A stretch of 39,734 nt of DNA from a virus. Taxonomy: Duplodnaviria > Caudoviricetes. The position numbers were made by a program, and so were the translations under genes. The stretch's first letter is position 1, and every line of letters begins with the position of its first letter. The notes beneath the pieces are model-generated. The model was not told the DNA's origin. It made no database searches and saw only the letters and a list, made by a program, of their open reading frames with translations. The stretch covers positions 1 through 39,734 of the IMG/VR virus record IMGVR_UViG_3300032254_000013, one strand, 5' to 3'. Positions 20,008 through 30,024 of this stretch are shown one piece after another.

Positions 20008-21075
20008 TTACGCTATAGCGAGTACTGCATGTGCATTACGACGGTTAGTCGTTAAAGCACCTTTCCAGGTTAAACCCCAATACTGTTCGTACTGGTTGTA
20101 AACACGTGGCGGTTTACGCGTCTTCATGTCGTGACCTTCAATTGGACGCAACTTGATATGGTTGCAGTTAATGAAGTAACAACGTTTTTCCCAAGGTGTA
20201 CCCGGTGAATAAATCGTATCGAGCTCTTGGAAAACAGGATCCCAAACAATTGGCACACCGTTGAATGAAAGGTTAGTTTCAACGCCCTTCATGCCCATAC
20301 CGGCATCAACACCCTTCATATCTTTAGAACCGTAATTAACAGTGCCATATGTGGTCATCATAAATTTACGATAACCATCAATGAAGTCGGTACCTGCCAA
20401 GATAAAGTCAGGCATGCCACCGTTACGGATACAGGCTTTCCATGCAGCTTCCATCTTGTCCACAATATCGCCTGTGGTTGTGGTAACTGTTAAACCTGTC
20501 GCCGCGTGGTTACGCCAATAGACTTTAGTTAATGCATCAATGCCACCAATGGTGCCCGTAGATGGCGTTAATGAAATCAATGCATCTAAACCAACCAATG
20601 CATCTGAATCTTGCGTGCCATCTAAATGCAATGCCTGGTCAAACTTCTCATCAAAGCCTAATGACAATGCTTCCACTTCTTCATCCAACAAGTTATTAAG
20701 TTGAACTAATTCAGCTTGAGAGAAGTTTTTACCTCTACCGTTTTCATCCAACTGAATACCGTTTTGAATTAAACGATCTTCGTCTAATGAAAAGCCATCA
20801 TGCGCTGAACGATACGGGAACTTCACACGTTTCACATTATCGCGCTTGTTATAGCTAACGATTTTAGAACCGATATACCACTGGAAGTTTGAACCATTGC
20901 TAACACGTAGACCTTCGGTAATATTTTCTTTACCGCCGCCCCAGTTTTTTTGCTTGGCTTTGAGTTTCTTAAGAAGTGGCCGAGCAGTATTAACCTGATC
21001 GGTAAGTTTGTTTTTTAAATTGTGGTCAATCGAGGTTTCACCTGCAATTGCCAGCTCTGCTGCTGTAAAAGGCAT
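20008..21075 (-). CDS. Major capsid protein
   Basis: 355 aa after the scaffold; AGGAGG RBS; LVGLDALI, GTIGGID...YWRN, FNGVPIVWD motifs. Confidence 0.85.
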   Translation of the reverse strand: MPFTAAELAIAGETSIDHNLKNKLTDQVNTARPLLKKLKAKQKNWGGGKENITEGLRVSNGSNFQWYIGSKIVSYNKRDNVKRVKFPYRSAHDGFSLDEDRLIQNGIQLDENGRGKNFSQAELVQLNNLLDEEVEALSLGFDEKFDQALHLDGTQDSDALVGLDALISLTPSTGTIGGIDALTKVYWRNHAATGLTVTTTTGDIVDKMEAAWKACIRNGGMPDFILAGTDFIDGYRKFMMTTYGTVNYGSKDMKGVDAGMGMKGVETNLSFNGVPIVWDPVFQELDTIYSPGTPWEKRCYFINCNHIKLRPIEGHDMKTRKPPRVYNQYEQYWGLTWKGALTTNRRNAHAVLAIA

Positions 21076-21227
21076 AACGCCCTCCTATTCAAGTTTGAGT
21101 TAAACTTTGGTTATCCAAAGTGTTTTCTCAGCACTTGAGGAAGACGAAGCCTCTTAAAAATCTGTCCTATCGGGCGCGACACCGACAAACTGCTGCGTGC
21201 TGTTGCTGTACTACTTAAGCGTTATTA

Positions 21228-22325
21228 TTAACTTAACGCCTGGCTTATTGCATCCAATGAGCTTGTTGGCGTTTTAGTTCCACCACCACCATTACTGCCT
21301 GGACGCAAAGGGGTATGTTGATTACCTATTTTAGGCTTGCTATCAACTTTAATCGCATCGTAATTAAGTTGGAGAATTTCAGCCCATTGTTCAGGTGGGT
21401 ACTTCTGGCCAATCTCTTCAACTTTTTTAACAATGGCCGCTTGCTTGGCAGAAAAGTTAATATCATTTTTCTCCCAGCTGCTGACCATGCTCATCACGTC
21501 TGCTTGCGCATTTTCAATCGTTTGATTGAAATTGTTATCTACCTGCTGCTGATCATGTTGTGCTTTTTCTTGAGCACGTAACTCATCTTCTTGCTTAACA
21601 CGTAATGCATCTGCATTTCGTGTTTTAACAATTTCACCAGCAAGCTCTTCTGTTAACTCATGGTTATCAATCTTGTCCTGCAAGTCTTGATGACCATGAA
21701 ACAAATTAACACCGGGTAACGGTTTGCCCATTGCTGTTGCGAGTCCGGCACGCTGCGCATCTAACATTGCAAGCGCCCCCTCTAAATTGCCTGACTTTAC
21801 TAAATGGGAATATTCAATCAGATCATTAAACTCATTCGGTGTTGCGCCTGAATGTTGAACGATAGATTGAAAGTCATCGTGGTATTTTTTATACGCTTCT
21901 GATTCAGTGGTAAGCGTTTCATGTTTTTCTTTCAGGTCTTTAAACCCTTCGGTCAACTTTTCGAAACGTTCCGCAGTCTTTACCGGTGTTCCGTCTGGTA
22001 AGGGTTCTAATAGCGCATCATCACTCAGCTCTTCAGCTTTAGTCTTATCGCTATCGTTACCCGCCGCATCATCAGGCTTAGCCTCATCTTTCTTGGCTTC
22101 ATCCGTTTTTACGTCTTGCTTGCCACTTTCTTTTTCACCACCTTCTTCATCGTCATCCGCACTTAATGCTTCTGTCATTGCTTCGAGTGATGTTTGTTCT
22201 TCTTCCTTTGGCGAATCGGAGTTTTCACTGCCATCAGCTGGCGAAGCCGTTGTTTCACTGCCATCTTCATTGCCTGTGGACGAGTCAGGCACTACCTGTC
22301 CATTTTCATCTAGTTCTGGATCCAT
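21228..22325 (-). CDS. Capsid scaffolding protein
   Basis: Very acidic low-complexity N-terminus and coiled coils; lies between portal and capsid. Confidence 0.7.
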   Translation of the reverse strand: MDPELDENGQVVPDSSTGNEDGSETTASPADGSENSDSPKEEEQTSLEAMTEALSADDDEEGGEKESGKQDVKTDEAKKDEAKPDDAAGNDSDKTKAEELSDDALLEPLPDGTPVKTAERFEKLTEGFKDLKEKHETLTTESEAYKKYHDDFQSIVQHSGATPNEFNDLIEYSHLVKSGNLEGALAMLDAQRAGLATAMGKPLPGVNLFHGHQDLQDKIDNHELTEELAGEIVKTRNADALRVKQEDELRAQEKAQHDQQQVDNNFNQTIENAQADVMSMVSSWEKNDINFSAKQAAIVKKVEEIGQKYPPEQWAEILQLNYDAIKVDSKPKIGNQHTPLRPGSNGGGGTKTPTSSLDAISQALS

Positions 22326-22354
22326 GGGGAATCACCTTTTTTAGTTGGGGAAAC

Positions 22355-24319
22355 TTATTGAGCTAATGGTGCTGTTGCTTCAGATGCTTTTATTTGTGTA
22401 TCCACTTCTGTTTCAACGGCTTCTGCTGTTGTCTTACGAATATCAGCATCCATTTTTTCTAATTCTTTTTGAGCTGCTTCCATTTGTTGCTGAAGCGCCA
22501 TACGTTTTTCTTCATCGTTTTCAGGTTGCTGCTCTTCTTCTTGTTGAGGTAAGAATTCATCGATGTCTATACGGTCATCGAAACGGCGAATTGTTTCACG
22601 TGCCAGCGCAATTATTGAATCAGCAATTTCATTCTTACCTGCTTGTCGTAGCTCAGCAACTTGCTGAATGAGCTCACGGAATTGAGGCATAAACTCAATC
22701 CAGTTCTTTTGTTCTTGCATTTTATTTGGCTTTCCGGATGAACCAGCACGAACTTCAATATTCACCATATCAAAGATTTGTTCTTTTTCCATTTCTGGCC
22801 ATTGAGCACCTTCGCCGGCAATTAGCTTAACCTGTTCAACCGCTAATTCTTGCAACAGAATTTCTAACGTGTACTTACCAATCTCAAGAAACCAATCTTC
22901 AATCTGGTCGGTCATGTCGTTACTGCGATCAGCTACCCCATTCTCAAGAATTTGAGCTTCACCTAATGTATTAGATTTATTATTGGCCTGTTGAGCGCTA
23001 CCCACTAAGCCAGACATCATCTCCATGTCAGCACGAATAGGTGATGTATCGTAATCAGCTTGATTTATCGATAATGAATCTGCTTTTTGGAATACTTGAT
23101 TTAATGGTTTTCCATCAGTATCAATAATAACAATTTCACCAAGCTCTGCATTTTGCTTACGTTCTATGCTATTAACATCCGTATCTGATGCCGCAATGTA
23201 ATGCGGTTTATTTAAATCACGATGTTTAGAATATTTTTCACGAGTTTCTTCATATTCATCTTGAAGTTTATCAAGCAGCTCAACGCCAGACATTGGCAAC
23301 TTAGTACCGTCTAGTGGAATTAAGGCTAAATCAAAGAAGGGGTACCAACGCTCACCCGTAGTAGCTGGTGAATAAGGCTCTCGACAAAAATCAAGATCAC
23401 CTTCGCAAATAGTTAAAATAGTGTTGGTTGTTTTATCCCATATTTCCCATACGCGATACTGAGAATTTTCTATCTCTGTATCCTTTTGCTTTAAATCTTT
23501 TGCAGCATAAACCGTAGACTTACTGCCTGGTTCACGACCAAACGTTTCTTTAAAGCCATCTTTGTTAAACCATAAGCCTTGTGCCATCCATGGTGATAAC
23601 TCTGACACCATTTCAAATTCTGGAATATCAGGACACCAAAGCATGTCTTCACTTAAGACACGATCTAATACCATGCCTTCTGAATGTGTAACTTCAACTT
23701 CATTTTCTAACGCCTTAACCATAAGCCCTAGTTCAGCTTTCTTGGCTTCGTATGCATCACTTTCTTCGGCGTTCTTGCATTCGCATAACAAGTTTTCAAT
23801 TTTACGAATATTTTCTTGTGTATCATTTATGCGACTAACAATAATTGGGTCTTCTTGAATGTCACGCTGATAACTGGCTTTCAACCAACCAATCTTGCAC
23901 GTAAGTGATGCACGCACACTGGCCTTACCACGTTTCTTTAATTTTGCATCTGTTAACTGGCGGTTAACAACAACCTCTGCTGTTTGCGAGAAGTTTTTCC
24001 ACAGCTTATATTGTGTTTGATTGACTGCTTTACTTGGCGCAATCGATAACTCTGGGTTCTTTGCGTAAATACGCGATTGCTGTGAACGTAAAGTTGAAAA
24101 AATAAGGTTCGTCCTTACTTTTCCTTTTTCGTTACTCTTGCCATTCTTAAAGCCCTCAACACGGCGGCGGTAAGTTTTAATGTTCTTATGGTAGTCAACA
24201 ATATGTTCAGAATCTTTTGAACGTTTTATTTCGTCTTGCCATTTAGAAACAAGGGCACGCTTAACCTTCTGCGCTTCTTCTTGCTCTGGGGTAAGCGTGC
24301 CTTGTTCTTCAGTTTGCAT
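22355..24319 (-). CDS. Portal protein
   Basis: 654 aa after the terminase; RVWEIWDK, WYPFF, LQDEY motifs; Q/E-rich coiled C-terminal barrel. Confidence 0.8.
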   Translation of the reverse strand: MQTEEQGTLTPEQEEAQKVKRALVSKWQDEIKRSKDSEHIVDYHKNIKTYRRRVEGFKNGKSNEKGKVRTNLIFSTLRSQQSRIYAKNPELSIAPSKAVNQTQYKLWKNFSQTAEVVVNRQLTDAKLKKRGKASVRASLTCKIGWLKASYQRDIQEDPIIVSRINDTQENIRKIENLLCECKNAEESDAYEAKKAELGLMVKALENEVEVTHSEGMVLDRVLSEDMLWCPDIPEFEMVSELSPWMAQGLWFNKDGFKETFGREPGSKSTVYAAKDLKQKDTEIENSQYRVWEIWDKTTNTILTICEGDLDFCREPYSPATTGERWYPFFDLALIPLDGTKLPMSGVELLDKLQDEYEETREKYSKHRDLNKPHYIAASDTDVNSIERKQNAELGEIVIIDTDGKPLNQVFQKADSLSINQADYDTSPIRADMEMMSGLVGSAQQANNKSNTLGEAQILENGVADRSNDMTDQIEDWFLEIGKYTLEILLQELAVEQVKLIAGEGAQWPEMEKEQIFDMVNIEVRAGSSGKPNKMQEQKNWIEFMPQFRELIQQVAELRQAGKNEIADSIIALARETIRRFDDRIDIDEFLPQQEEEQQPENDEEKRMALQQQMEAAQKELEKMDADIRKTTAEAVETEVDTQIKASEATAPLAQ

Positions 24320-24332
24320 AATTAATTTTTAC

Positions 24333-24626
24333 TTATGCTTCAATATCACAATCGCCGGTACCAGCTGTACCACCGCTCACATCGATACGATGATAAGCCG
24401 CTAATGTGATAGGGAAACGGTCGGTACCAGCCGATAAAGTCACACCCGCAACATCTGTAAACGTTACATTGTCATCACTTTCTTGCAGCTTAACCACGCG
24501 ATCACTTGAACTTGTTAAAATACATACCGCAGAATTACGCGCCATAAATGGTGTAACATTCATAGCAACAGCTGCCGATTGACCAACCGCTTGTGCAGTA
24601 GCAACCACTTTCGTTTGTAAACTCAT
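24333..24626 (-). CDS. Small beta-rich structural protein
   Basis: AGGAG RBS; VKLQESDDNVTFTDV; between terminase and portal. Confidence 0.5.
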   Translation of the reverse strand: MSLQTKVVATAQAVGQSAAVAMNVTPFMARNSAVCILTSSSDRVVKLQESDDNVTFTDVAGVTLSAGTDRFPITLAAYHRIDVSGGTAGTGDCDIEA

Positions 24627-24665
24627 CTTTCTATCTCCTGTTTATTTATTTCACCGGTAAAATTT

Positions 24666-26609
24666 TTAATCGATATCTCTTATAACTTTGTTTGATGTAA
24701 CTTGTTCTAACCAACCAAAGGTGCCTACCTTGGGTCCTTCTTCTTTGTGTTCAACACTTAACACCTTGTGACGTGAGCGCAATGAGTACATTGTTTCATC
24801 CCAGCAATTTGAGACCAACACACCATTACTTAAAGCAAAAGCATGCGTCACAGGAACGGACATGCAATAAACGTTAGCTTTTCCTGCTGGCTCGACACTT
24901 ACGACCCGCAGTGGCCGCACAGTTTCTTGAGCAATACATGGCACGCTTTTGTTGCGCTTTAGTCGTAAAATAATCCGAACCGTATTGAACACATTGTTTT
25001 TTAATCGAGCGCTCGGTATGCACTTTCCCCAAAAACTCTTGGATGGTATTTGAAATAACATTAATGTCGATTGTTCTTTCAAGTCCTTCGCTTCTATCCA
25101 ACAATTTTCACCACCTACAAATTTATGATCCGGGGTACAAACAACTTCTGATCCATCTTCAAAAGTCACTTTTACAACATTGGCGTATCTTGTTTTTCTA
25201 CAATTAAGAAATTTTCTATATCCATCAGCTGAAGCAATTAGTCCAGACTTACCAACAAGTTCTTTAATGGCAACCATACCATTACTTGTCATAACTTCTG
25301 TATCACCAACAAAGCAATGGTCCTCCATTTCAGTATCCACATCTTCCCAATTGCTTGAGTTAGGCATGAGCACTGGCACGGTTCTTAACCAATGTGTGCA
25401 AGTATCAAAAACAAAGAACTTGTTTTCAGTTAACGCGTTAATAATTAACTGTGCACCAATAATTCTTGAGCCGGGACCTTTCTTTGATTTAATCCAACGC
25501 ACCTTTTGGTTTTTAAATAAATCATAAATACTTAGCTCATTACCAACATCAGCCCACATAGCGCTATCAGCTGGATTTTTTAAGAAACGAATACCTGCTT
25601 TACGTTCTTTGGCTTCAATCTTAAATATTGCTTTAGCAACTGCTGTGGCATTTTCTCGCGTACCCGTATTAGGTTTACCACCATAACCATACAACTCACG
25701 GTAACGATAAATTTCACCTTCAGGGCTCATGCAATACCAACCGATTGAATACGGTTTAGCTGAACCCCAATCCATTGCTCTCCATCGAGGCCAGTCAACT
25801 GGAATCTTAAACGGTGAAACTTTATGAATCTTGTTATCCCAAATGCCTTGTAAGAATCCACCTACAACGATATCCCAGTCACCATAGCGCCATGCTTTCT
25901 TCAGCTCAGGGTTTTTAATACCTTCAAGCTGCTTAACGTATTCGGGATCGTTTTCAAATATTGCAGGGTTATCATCAAGACTAACGTTAATTCTTACACG
26001 TACATTGCCTTGCTCATCTTGAGCAACCGTACCTTCGGGACCAAGATCAATAAAACGTTCTTTAACCCAGTTGTGTCCAGCACCGAATGGATTGCCCGTT
26101 GAAACATAAAACTTGGGAACACCAGGTATCGAACAACGGCTACACGATTTCATAACCTCGTAGCATTCATCCGTTGGCCAGTTAGTTAGCTCTTCCCAGC
26201 CAATGAACGGTAATTCGTGACCGTGAAAACTCCAATAAGCATCCACGTCTTTCATGACGCGGAATAACAATTCCTCGCCATCCGGAAAGACCCACTTATA
26301 ATCACCCTTCGATGCTAACCAACGAGCGCCGGGGAATAACTGAGGGATCCAACGTTTTGATTTTTTAATAATGTCATCGAGGTGCTTATACTCTCGACGA
26401 AATATAACGCCGGTCCATGCAGCACCAAAACCTAAACCCACATACCGCAGGTACTTCATCAGTAATGTGTCGGTTTTGCCCCCACCACGATTACCTTCTG
26501 CAAATATTTCTTTTATCGGGCAGGTTAAGAATTTAGTTTGTCCACCTGGGTAAGGTGTCCAAACAATCTTTAATTCTGATTCTGTTGAGGGAAGTGTTGC
26601 TTCTGCCAT
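24666..26609 (-). CDS. terL: Terminase large subunit containing an intein
   Basis: Walker A GNRGGGKT, Walker B IGWEEL, TGNP coupling motif, RNase H-like nuclease AMDWG and final EDH|CWD split by the intein. Confidence 0.92.
   Translation of the reverse strand: MAEATLPSTESELKIVWTPYPGGQTKFLTCPIKEIFAEGNRGGGKTDTLLMKYLRYVGLGFGAAWTGVIFRREYKHLDDIIKKSKRWIPQLFPGARWLASKGDYKWVFPDGEELLFRVMKDVDAYWSFHGHELPFIGWEELTNWPTDECYEVMKSCSRCSIPGVPKFYVSTGNPFGAGHNWVKERFIDLGPEGTVAQDEQGNVRVRINVSLDDNPAIFENDPEYVKQLEGIKNPELKKAWRYGDWDIVVGGFLQGIWDNKIHKVSPFKIPVDWPRWRAMDWGSAKPYSIGWYCMSPEGEIYRYRELYGYGGKPNTGTRENATAVAKAIFKIEAKERKAGIRFLKNPADSAMWADVGNELSIYDLFKNQKVRWIKSKKGPGSRIIGAQLIINALTENKFFVFDTCTHWLRTVPVLMPNSSNWEDVDTEMEDHCFVGDTEVMTSNGMVAIKELVGKSGLIASADGYRKFLNCRKTRYANVVKVTFEDGSEVVCTPDHKFVGGENCWIEAKDLKEQSTLMLFQIPSKSFWGKCIPSARLKNNVFNTVRIILRLKRNKSVPCIAQETVRPLRVVSVEPAGKANVYCMSVPVTHAFALSNGVLVSNCWDETMYSLRSRHKVLSVEHKEEGPKVGTFGWLEQVTSNKVIRDID
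24807..25316 (-). other. 170-aa mini-intein in TerL (Cys432-Asn601)
   Basis: Block A CFVGDTEV, block B VCTPDHKF, block F VYCMSV, block G NGVLVSN followed by Cys+1. Confidence 0.9.
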
Positions 26610-27172
26610 TCGGCTGCATCCACATCTGTTGGTACCAATAACACTCCCCCAGTGCTACCAGAATGCTCAACCTTCTCAGTAAGCATGCCTTTGTTTTTCA
26701 TTAATAATTCAAGTGATGCTTTTTTATCGTTATGTTTTATTTTTGTTGTCGTACCAATTCGAGCACGATTTTTACCTGTACCAGAAAACAACGCATTAAC
26801 CTCAATGCCTGCCAATGCTCGTCGTGCATGTTCAGGCATTTCATGAATAGGCAACAAGGCACCTTCTTTATCAAAAAAGTCTTTTGGATCAGTAAATGCA
26901 GAACAAGCCACTTCTTGAAGTAACCGCTCTTCAGTAATATCAAACTGTTCCATCACCATTGCTGTTTTAGTTTTCAAGTACTCAACAACATGCGGGTCTT
27001 TATTTATCAATCGAGGGCCATTGGCTTCTGCGCTTTCTTCTTTAGCGCCATACGCAATCATGTAACAACGTTTAGCGTTGCCACGAACTTCAGAGTCTTC
27101 AGACGCGCGATAAAGATCACAAAAGGTCTGCTGTTTAACAGTCAATCCGTTTATGTTGCGATTTGAAGACAT
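26570..27172 (-). CDS. terS: Terminase small subunit
   Basis: LTVKQQTFCDLY HTH-like start; KIKHNDKKASLELL...GM; overlaps the terL start. Confidence 0.85.
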   Translation of the reverse strand: MSSNRNINGLTVKQQTFCDLYRASEDSEVRGNAKRCYMIAYGAKEESAEANGPRLINKDPHVVEYLKTKTAMVMEQFDITEERLLQEVACSAFTDPKDFFDKEGALLPIHEMPEHARRALAGIEVNALFSGTGKNRARIGTTTKIKHNDKKASLELLMKNKGMLTEKVEHSGSTGGVLLVPTDVDAAEWQKQHFPQQNQN

Positions 27173-27199
27173 GATTCTTGGGGAACCTCATATTAATAA

Positions 27200-27454
27200 T
27201 TAGTGACTTGGTGGTGGTGAATTCTTTAACGCTTCGATAACTAAAGTGCCTATCCATATCAACATAGCCACAAAGCTTGTAGCTAACGTACCAATGAAAG
27301 ACGTTTTAAATTTCTGCCATAACTCAACACGTCTTTTTTCACGACCTTTAAGCATTGCAATAAATTCATGGTCATCTGAATGAACTTCTTGGCTAATGTT
27401 ACGGTGGTCGTTAAGCACTTTGTTCATTGCTTGTTCTATTTCAGAAGTGTCCAT
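27200..27454 (-). CDS. Small single-TM protein (holin- or antiholin-like)
   Basis: Hydrophilic N-terminus, one C-terminal hydrophobic helix, AAGGA RBS. Confidence 0.45.
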   Translation of the reverse strand: MDTSEIEQAMNKVLNDHRNISQEVHSDDHEFIAMLKGREKRRVELWQKFKTSFIGTLATSFVAMLIWIGTLVIEALKNSPPPSH

Positions 27455-27471
27455 AAGTTTCCTTTAGGCGT

Positions 27472-27497
27472 AAAAAAACCCTCAAAAAGAGGGCTTT
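27472..27497 (-). terminator. Intrinsic terminator
   Basis: CCCTC/GAGGG stem with a 7-T tract on the minus strand. Confidence 0.6.
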
Positions 27498-27523
27498 CTA
27501 AACTTAATAAAGATAAATTAATT

Positions 27524-27769
27524 TTAAGAAGTAACGTCAGGACGATCATCTAGTCCTTTCTCTGCAAGAACATCTGCCACATCGTCAACATGCAAACAAT
27601 CAACCATACATGCAAGTTCGTTTGTTGGTTGAACGATCGCAATATTACCATTGCAATAATCATTACCTGGTACTGCGCTATGAAGAACACCAAAAGCAAC
27701 AACTTTTCCACCTTCAAGCTTTACTAGCTTGTCGCCATTTTTTGCTTCACGTCCGTTTCTGTAATGCAT
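27524..27769 (-). CDS. Hypothetical protein (MHYRNGREAKNGD...), moron-like
   Basis: Clean ORF with AGGGG RBS, flanked on both sides by terminators. Confidence 0.6.
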   Translation of the reverse strand: MHYRNGREAKNGDKLVKLEGGKVVAFGVLHSAVPGNDYCNGNIAIVQPTNELACMVDCLHVDDVADVLAEKGLDDRPDVTS

Positions 27770-27801
27770 GCCATACCCCTTCATCATTAAAAGTCACCCA
27801 C

Positions 27802-27836
27802 AAAAAATGCCCCGTAACTTTCGTTAGAGGGCATTT
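27802..27836 (-). terminator. Late-leader terminator (tR'-like) downstream of the Q-like gene
   Basis: Long AAATGCCC...GGGCATTT stem with a T-tract on the minus strand. Confidence 0.65.
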
Positions 27837-27937
27837 CGTGTAGCATGGGGAAAATATAGTTTCTCAGTCCGGCTTTGTAAAGCCTTTTTTTATTTATTTT
27901 TATTTACCTTATAATTCAATAAGATATAAATAACACA

Positions 27938-28486
27938 CTAAGCCGCTCTATCGAAAACCAAGTTAAGCCAATTAGCTTCGTGTTCTATTATTAAAACTGC
28001 CATTTCATCAGACTCAGACATGTGTTTTCTGGCTCTAATCATGATGTAACGATATGCCCTGTTAGTCCATTCATTTAATTCTTCAAATAAAACTTTATAT
28101 CTAGCAGACCAAACACCAAACCATTGAGACTTACCTACCCCAATATAAGCAGCACGTAACTTCCAGGCATCTGGTGAATTAAATCTCGAAGGCTCATTCA
28201 TCTCATGCAACGCTAATCTAGCCATTCTTCTTAACATTGATTTACCAATATCACCTTTACGGGTTTTCCACTCTAAACGGTTCTTCATGCGTACAGCGAT
28301 ATCCCACAACTTATATTCTAAAGTTTTCATAACAGTATCGCTTAAATCATGAGCAAACTTTAACTGACCAGCAAAGAACCAATGCTGTGGCATACCTGCG
28401 CAAAGAAGACCGGGTACTTCCGGTCGATGTGAAGCGAATACACTTTCAGGGCATGACATGAATAATATCCTTACGTCTAAATTCAT
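27938..28486 (-). CDS. Putative late antiterminator (Q-like)
   Basis: Last early-right gene before the late operon; RAAYIGVGKSQWFGVWSARY HTH-like motif. Confidence 0.55.
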   Translation of the reverse strand: MNLDVRILFMSCPESVFASHRPEVPGLLCAGMPQHWFFAGQLKFAHDLSDTVMKTLEYKLWDIAVRMKNRLEWKTRKGDIGKSMLRRMARLALHEMNEPSRFNSPDAWKLRAAYIGVGKSQWFGVWSARYKVLFEELNEWTNRAYRYIMIRARKHMSESDEMAVLIIEHEANWLNLVFDRAA

Positions 28487-28622
28487 TAGTTACATAGCCT
28501 TCATAATTTGAACAGCGTTTCAATTTATAACCTTGCCCCTCAATGGCCCTAACCATTTCTTGATCGATATCGCCTTGAGTAAGAACAGTCACATACCTTG
28601 GCATAGGAACTTTATCTGTCAT
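28446..28622 (-). CDS. Hypothetical protein, 58 aa (not in ORF track)
   Basis: Hand translation MTDKVPMPRYVTVLTQGDID...HVMP*; fills the gap and overlaps both neighbours. Confidence 0.45.
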   Translation of the reverse strand: MTDKVPMPRYVTVLTQGDIDQEMVRAIEGQGYKLKRCSNYEGYVTNEFRRKDIIHVMP

Positions 28623-28803
28623 TTAATCTAAACCCCTTCTTTTTATCTTTACGACAAAATGGAAACTTCAAACCCGTCTTACATGCTCGATGGCCATCAC
28701 CGAAAGTCTGGCAACGCATACATATCGCACAACCCTGCTCTCTAATTTCCAACTCAAGTACTTCACGCTCAACCGGTGTAAGCTGTACAGCTGTCTGACT
28801 CAT
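28612..28803 (-). CDS. Small Cys-rich hypothetical protein
   Basis: CxxCxxC...C...C; coupled TAATG start. Confidence 0.55.
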   Translation of the reverse strand: MSQTAVQLTPVEREVLELEIREQGCAICMRCQTFGDGHRACKTGLKFPFCRKDKKKGFRLNDR

Positions 28804-29141
28804 TACGCAGCCTTCTCATGAGATAATTCTTGCTCGTCGTATTTCATAATATTTACTGCATGCGCTTCAGCAAGCAATAATCGAGCATCGATTTCTAAAT
28901 CAGGATTATCAACATACCCGGTATCATTATCATGAACGTCACGAACTTTGATTCTTATTTGTCCGTGATAAACATACATAATTAAAATATAACCAATTGG
29001 CATTTGGTAAGAAGCATTGATAATAATGTCATTCACGTTATCACTACCCATTTTTAATAAAGCAATAATAACAATCCCAACAAAGGAACCTATTGCCAAC
29101 CCAAATGTAATACCTGCAACAAAACCAAAGCTATCAAACAT
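28803..29141 (-). CDS. Hypothetical protein with N-terminal TM helix
   Basis: GAGGG RBS; hydrophobic N-terminus. Confidence 0.5.
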   Translation of the reverse strand: MFDSFGFVAGITFGLAIGSFVGIVIIALLKMGSDNVNDIIINASYQMPIGYILIMYVYHGQIRIKVRDVHDNDTGYVDNPDLEIDARLLLAEAHAVNIMKYDEQELSHEKAA

Positions 29142-29183
29142 AATTAATCCCTCTTTTGTTTTTGTTCCATGTGGAACGTATCA

Positions 29184-29411
29184 TTACTTTTTTAACTTTC
29201 TTCTATTAATACTTTTGATAACAAGCTTATCGACTATATAAACGCACTCATCATCTTCACCCGCTTGTTCAGACAATTGAACCAACTTATCTGAAAGACT
29301 CTTCGGCATTGTTATACTTAACTCGTAAGTGACGGTCTGTTCATTTTTCTCATCCATACCACCCACCCGATCACACCTGATCATTACTGTTGTTTTTAGG
29401 TTTAAAGGCAT
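29184..29411 (-). CDS. Hypothetical protein, possibly ribbon-helix-helix
   Basis: LSITMPKSLSDKLVQLS pattern. Confidence 0.4.
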   Translation of the reverse strand: MPLNLKTTVMIRCDRVGGMDEKNEQTVTYELSITMPKSLSDKLVQLSEQAGEDDECVYIVDKLVIKSINRRKLKK

Positions 29412-30024
29412 TCTTCTTGCCGATAAATCTACTTAAAATCACTCTTGCAGCTGCTACTTCTTCGTCGCTTGGTTCAGGTTCAGTAAGTTGAGGAACATCG
29501 AGCACCGGAATAACAAACCGTTCACCGGCTACATGCAATCGAAATAACTTTTGATACTGTTTGACGAATGCCTTTCGAGATTTACCTTCTGGCCACGTTC
29601 TGAATTCCCATTGACCAACCTTACTCACTGCATGCCAAACAATAGGAACACGCCAATCGCCTCTCGTTGCCATTAAGTACGCTTCATCTTCATCTGGTAA
29701 ACGATAGTCATGAAACTCAGGAGTACATCTTGCTGAAAACGTAGAAAGATTGGGTGCATGTACCTCAGAAAGCTCTACGCACTTTTCCATACCCAGTTCT
29801 AAATGCCTGGGTGAAAACTTCTTACGTTTGAAATGAGTCATCCAAATTTTTAATTGATTACCGAAACGAGTAGTAAAGCTGCCATCGTATTGCTCACCCA
29901 TGAACTTCCAAAGATCAATCATGTCTTGGTCGTTAATTTCAATCCTCGTGTTCATATACCCTATTTCCTCCCAGCTGTTCGATGGCGAGTTCTTCAGCTG
30001 TGGCACGTTTATTTGTTTTGACAT
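29371..30024 (-). CDS. Replication protein P-like helicase loader (start uncertain: 30024 or 29955)
   Basis: Follows the initiator; APNLSTF, LPDEDEAY, PIVWHA, F...Y motifs resemble lambda P-family proteins. Confidence 0.6.
   Translation of the reverse strand: MSKQINVPQLKNSPSNSWEEIGYMNTRIEINDQDMIDLWKFMGEQYDGSFTTRFGNQLKIWMTHFKRKKFSPRHLELGMEKCVELSEVHAPNLSTFSARCTPEFHDYRLPDEDEAYLMATRGDWRVPIVWHAVSKVGQWEFRTWPEGKSRKAFVKQYQKLFRLHVAGERFVIPVLDVPQLTEPEPSDEEVAAARVILSRFIGKKNAFKPKNNSNDQV

Noticed and set aside
5067-26846. Many plus-strand ORFs over the structural genes
   Set aside because: They are antisense shadows of long minus-strand genes with no recognisable motifs
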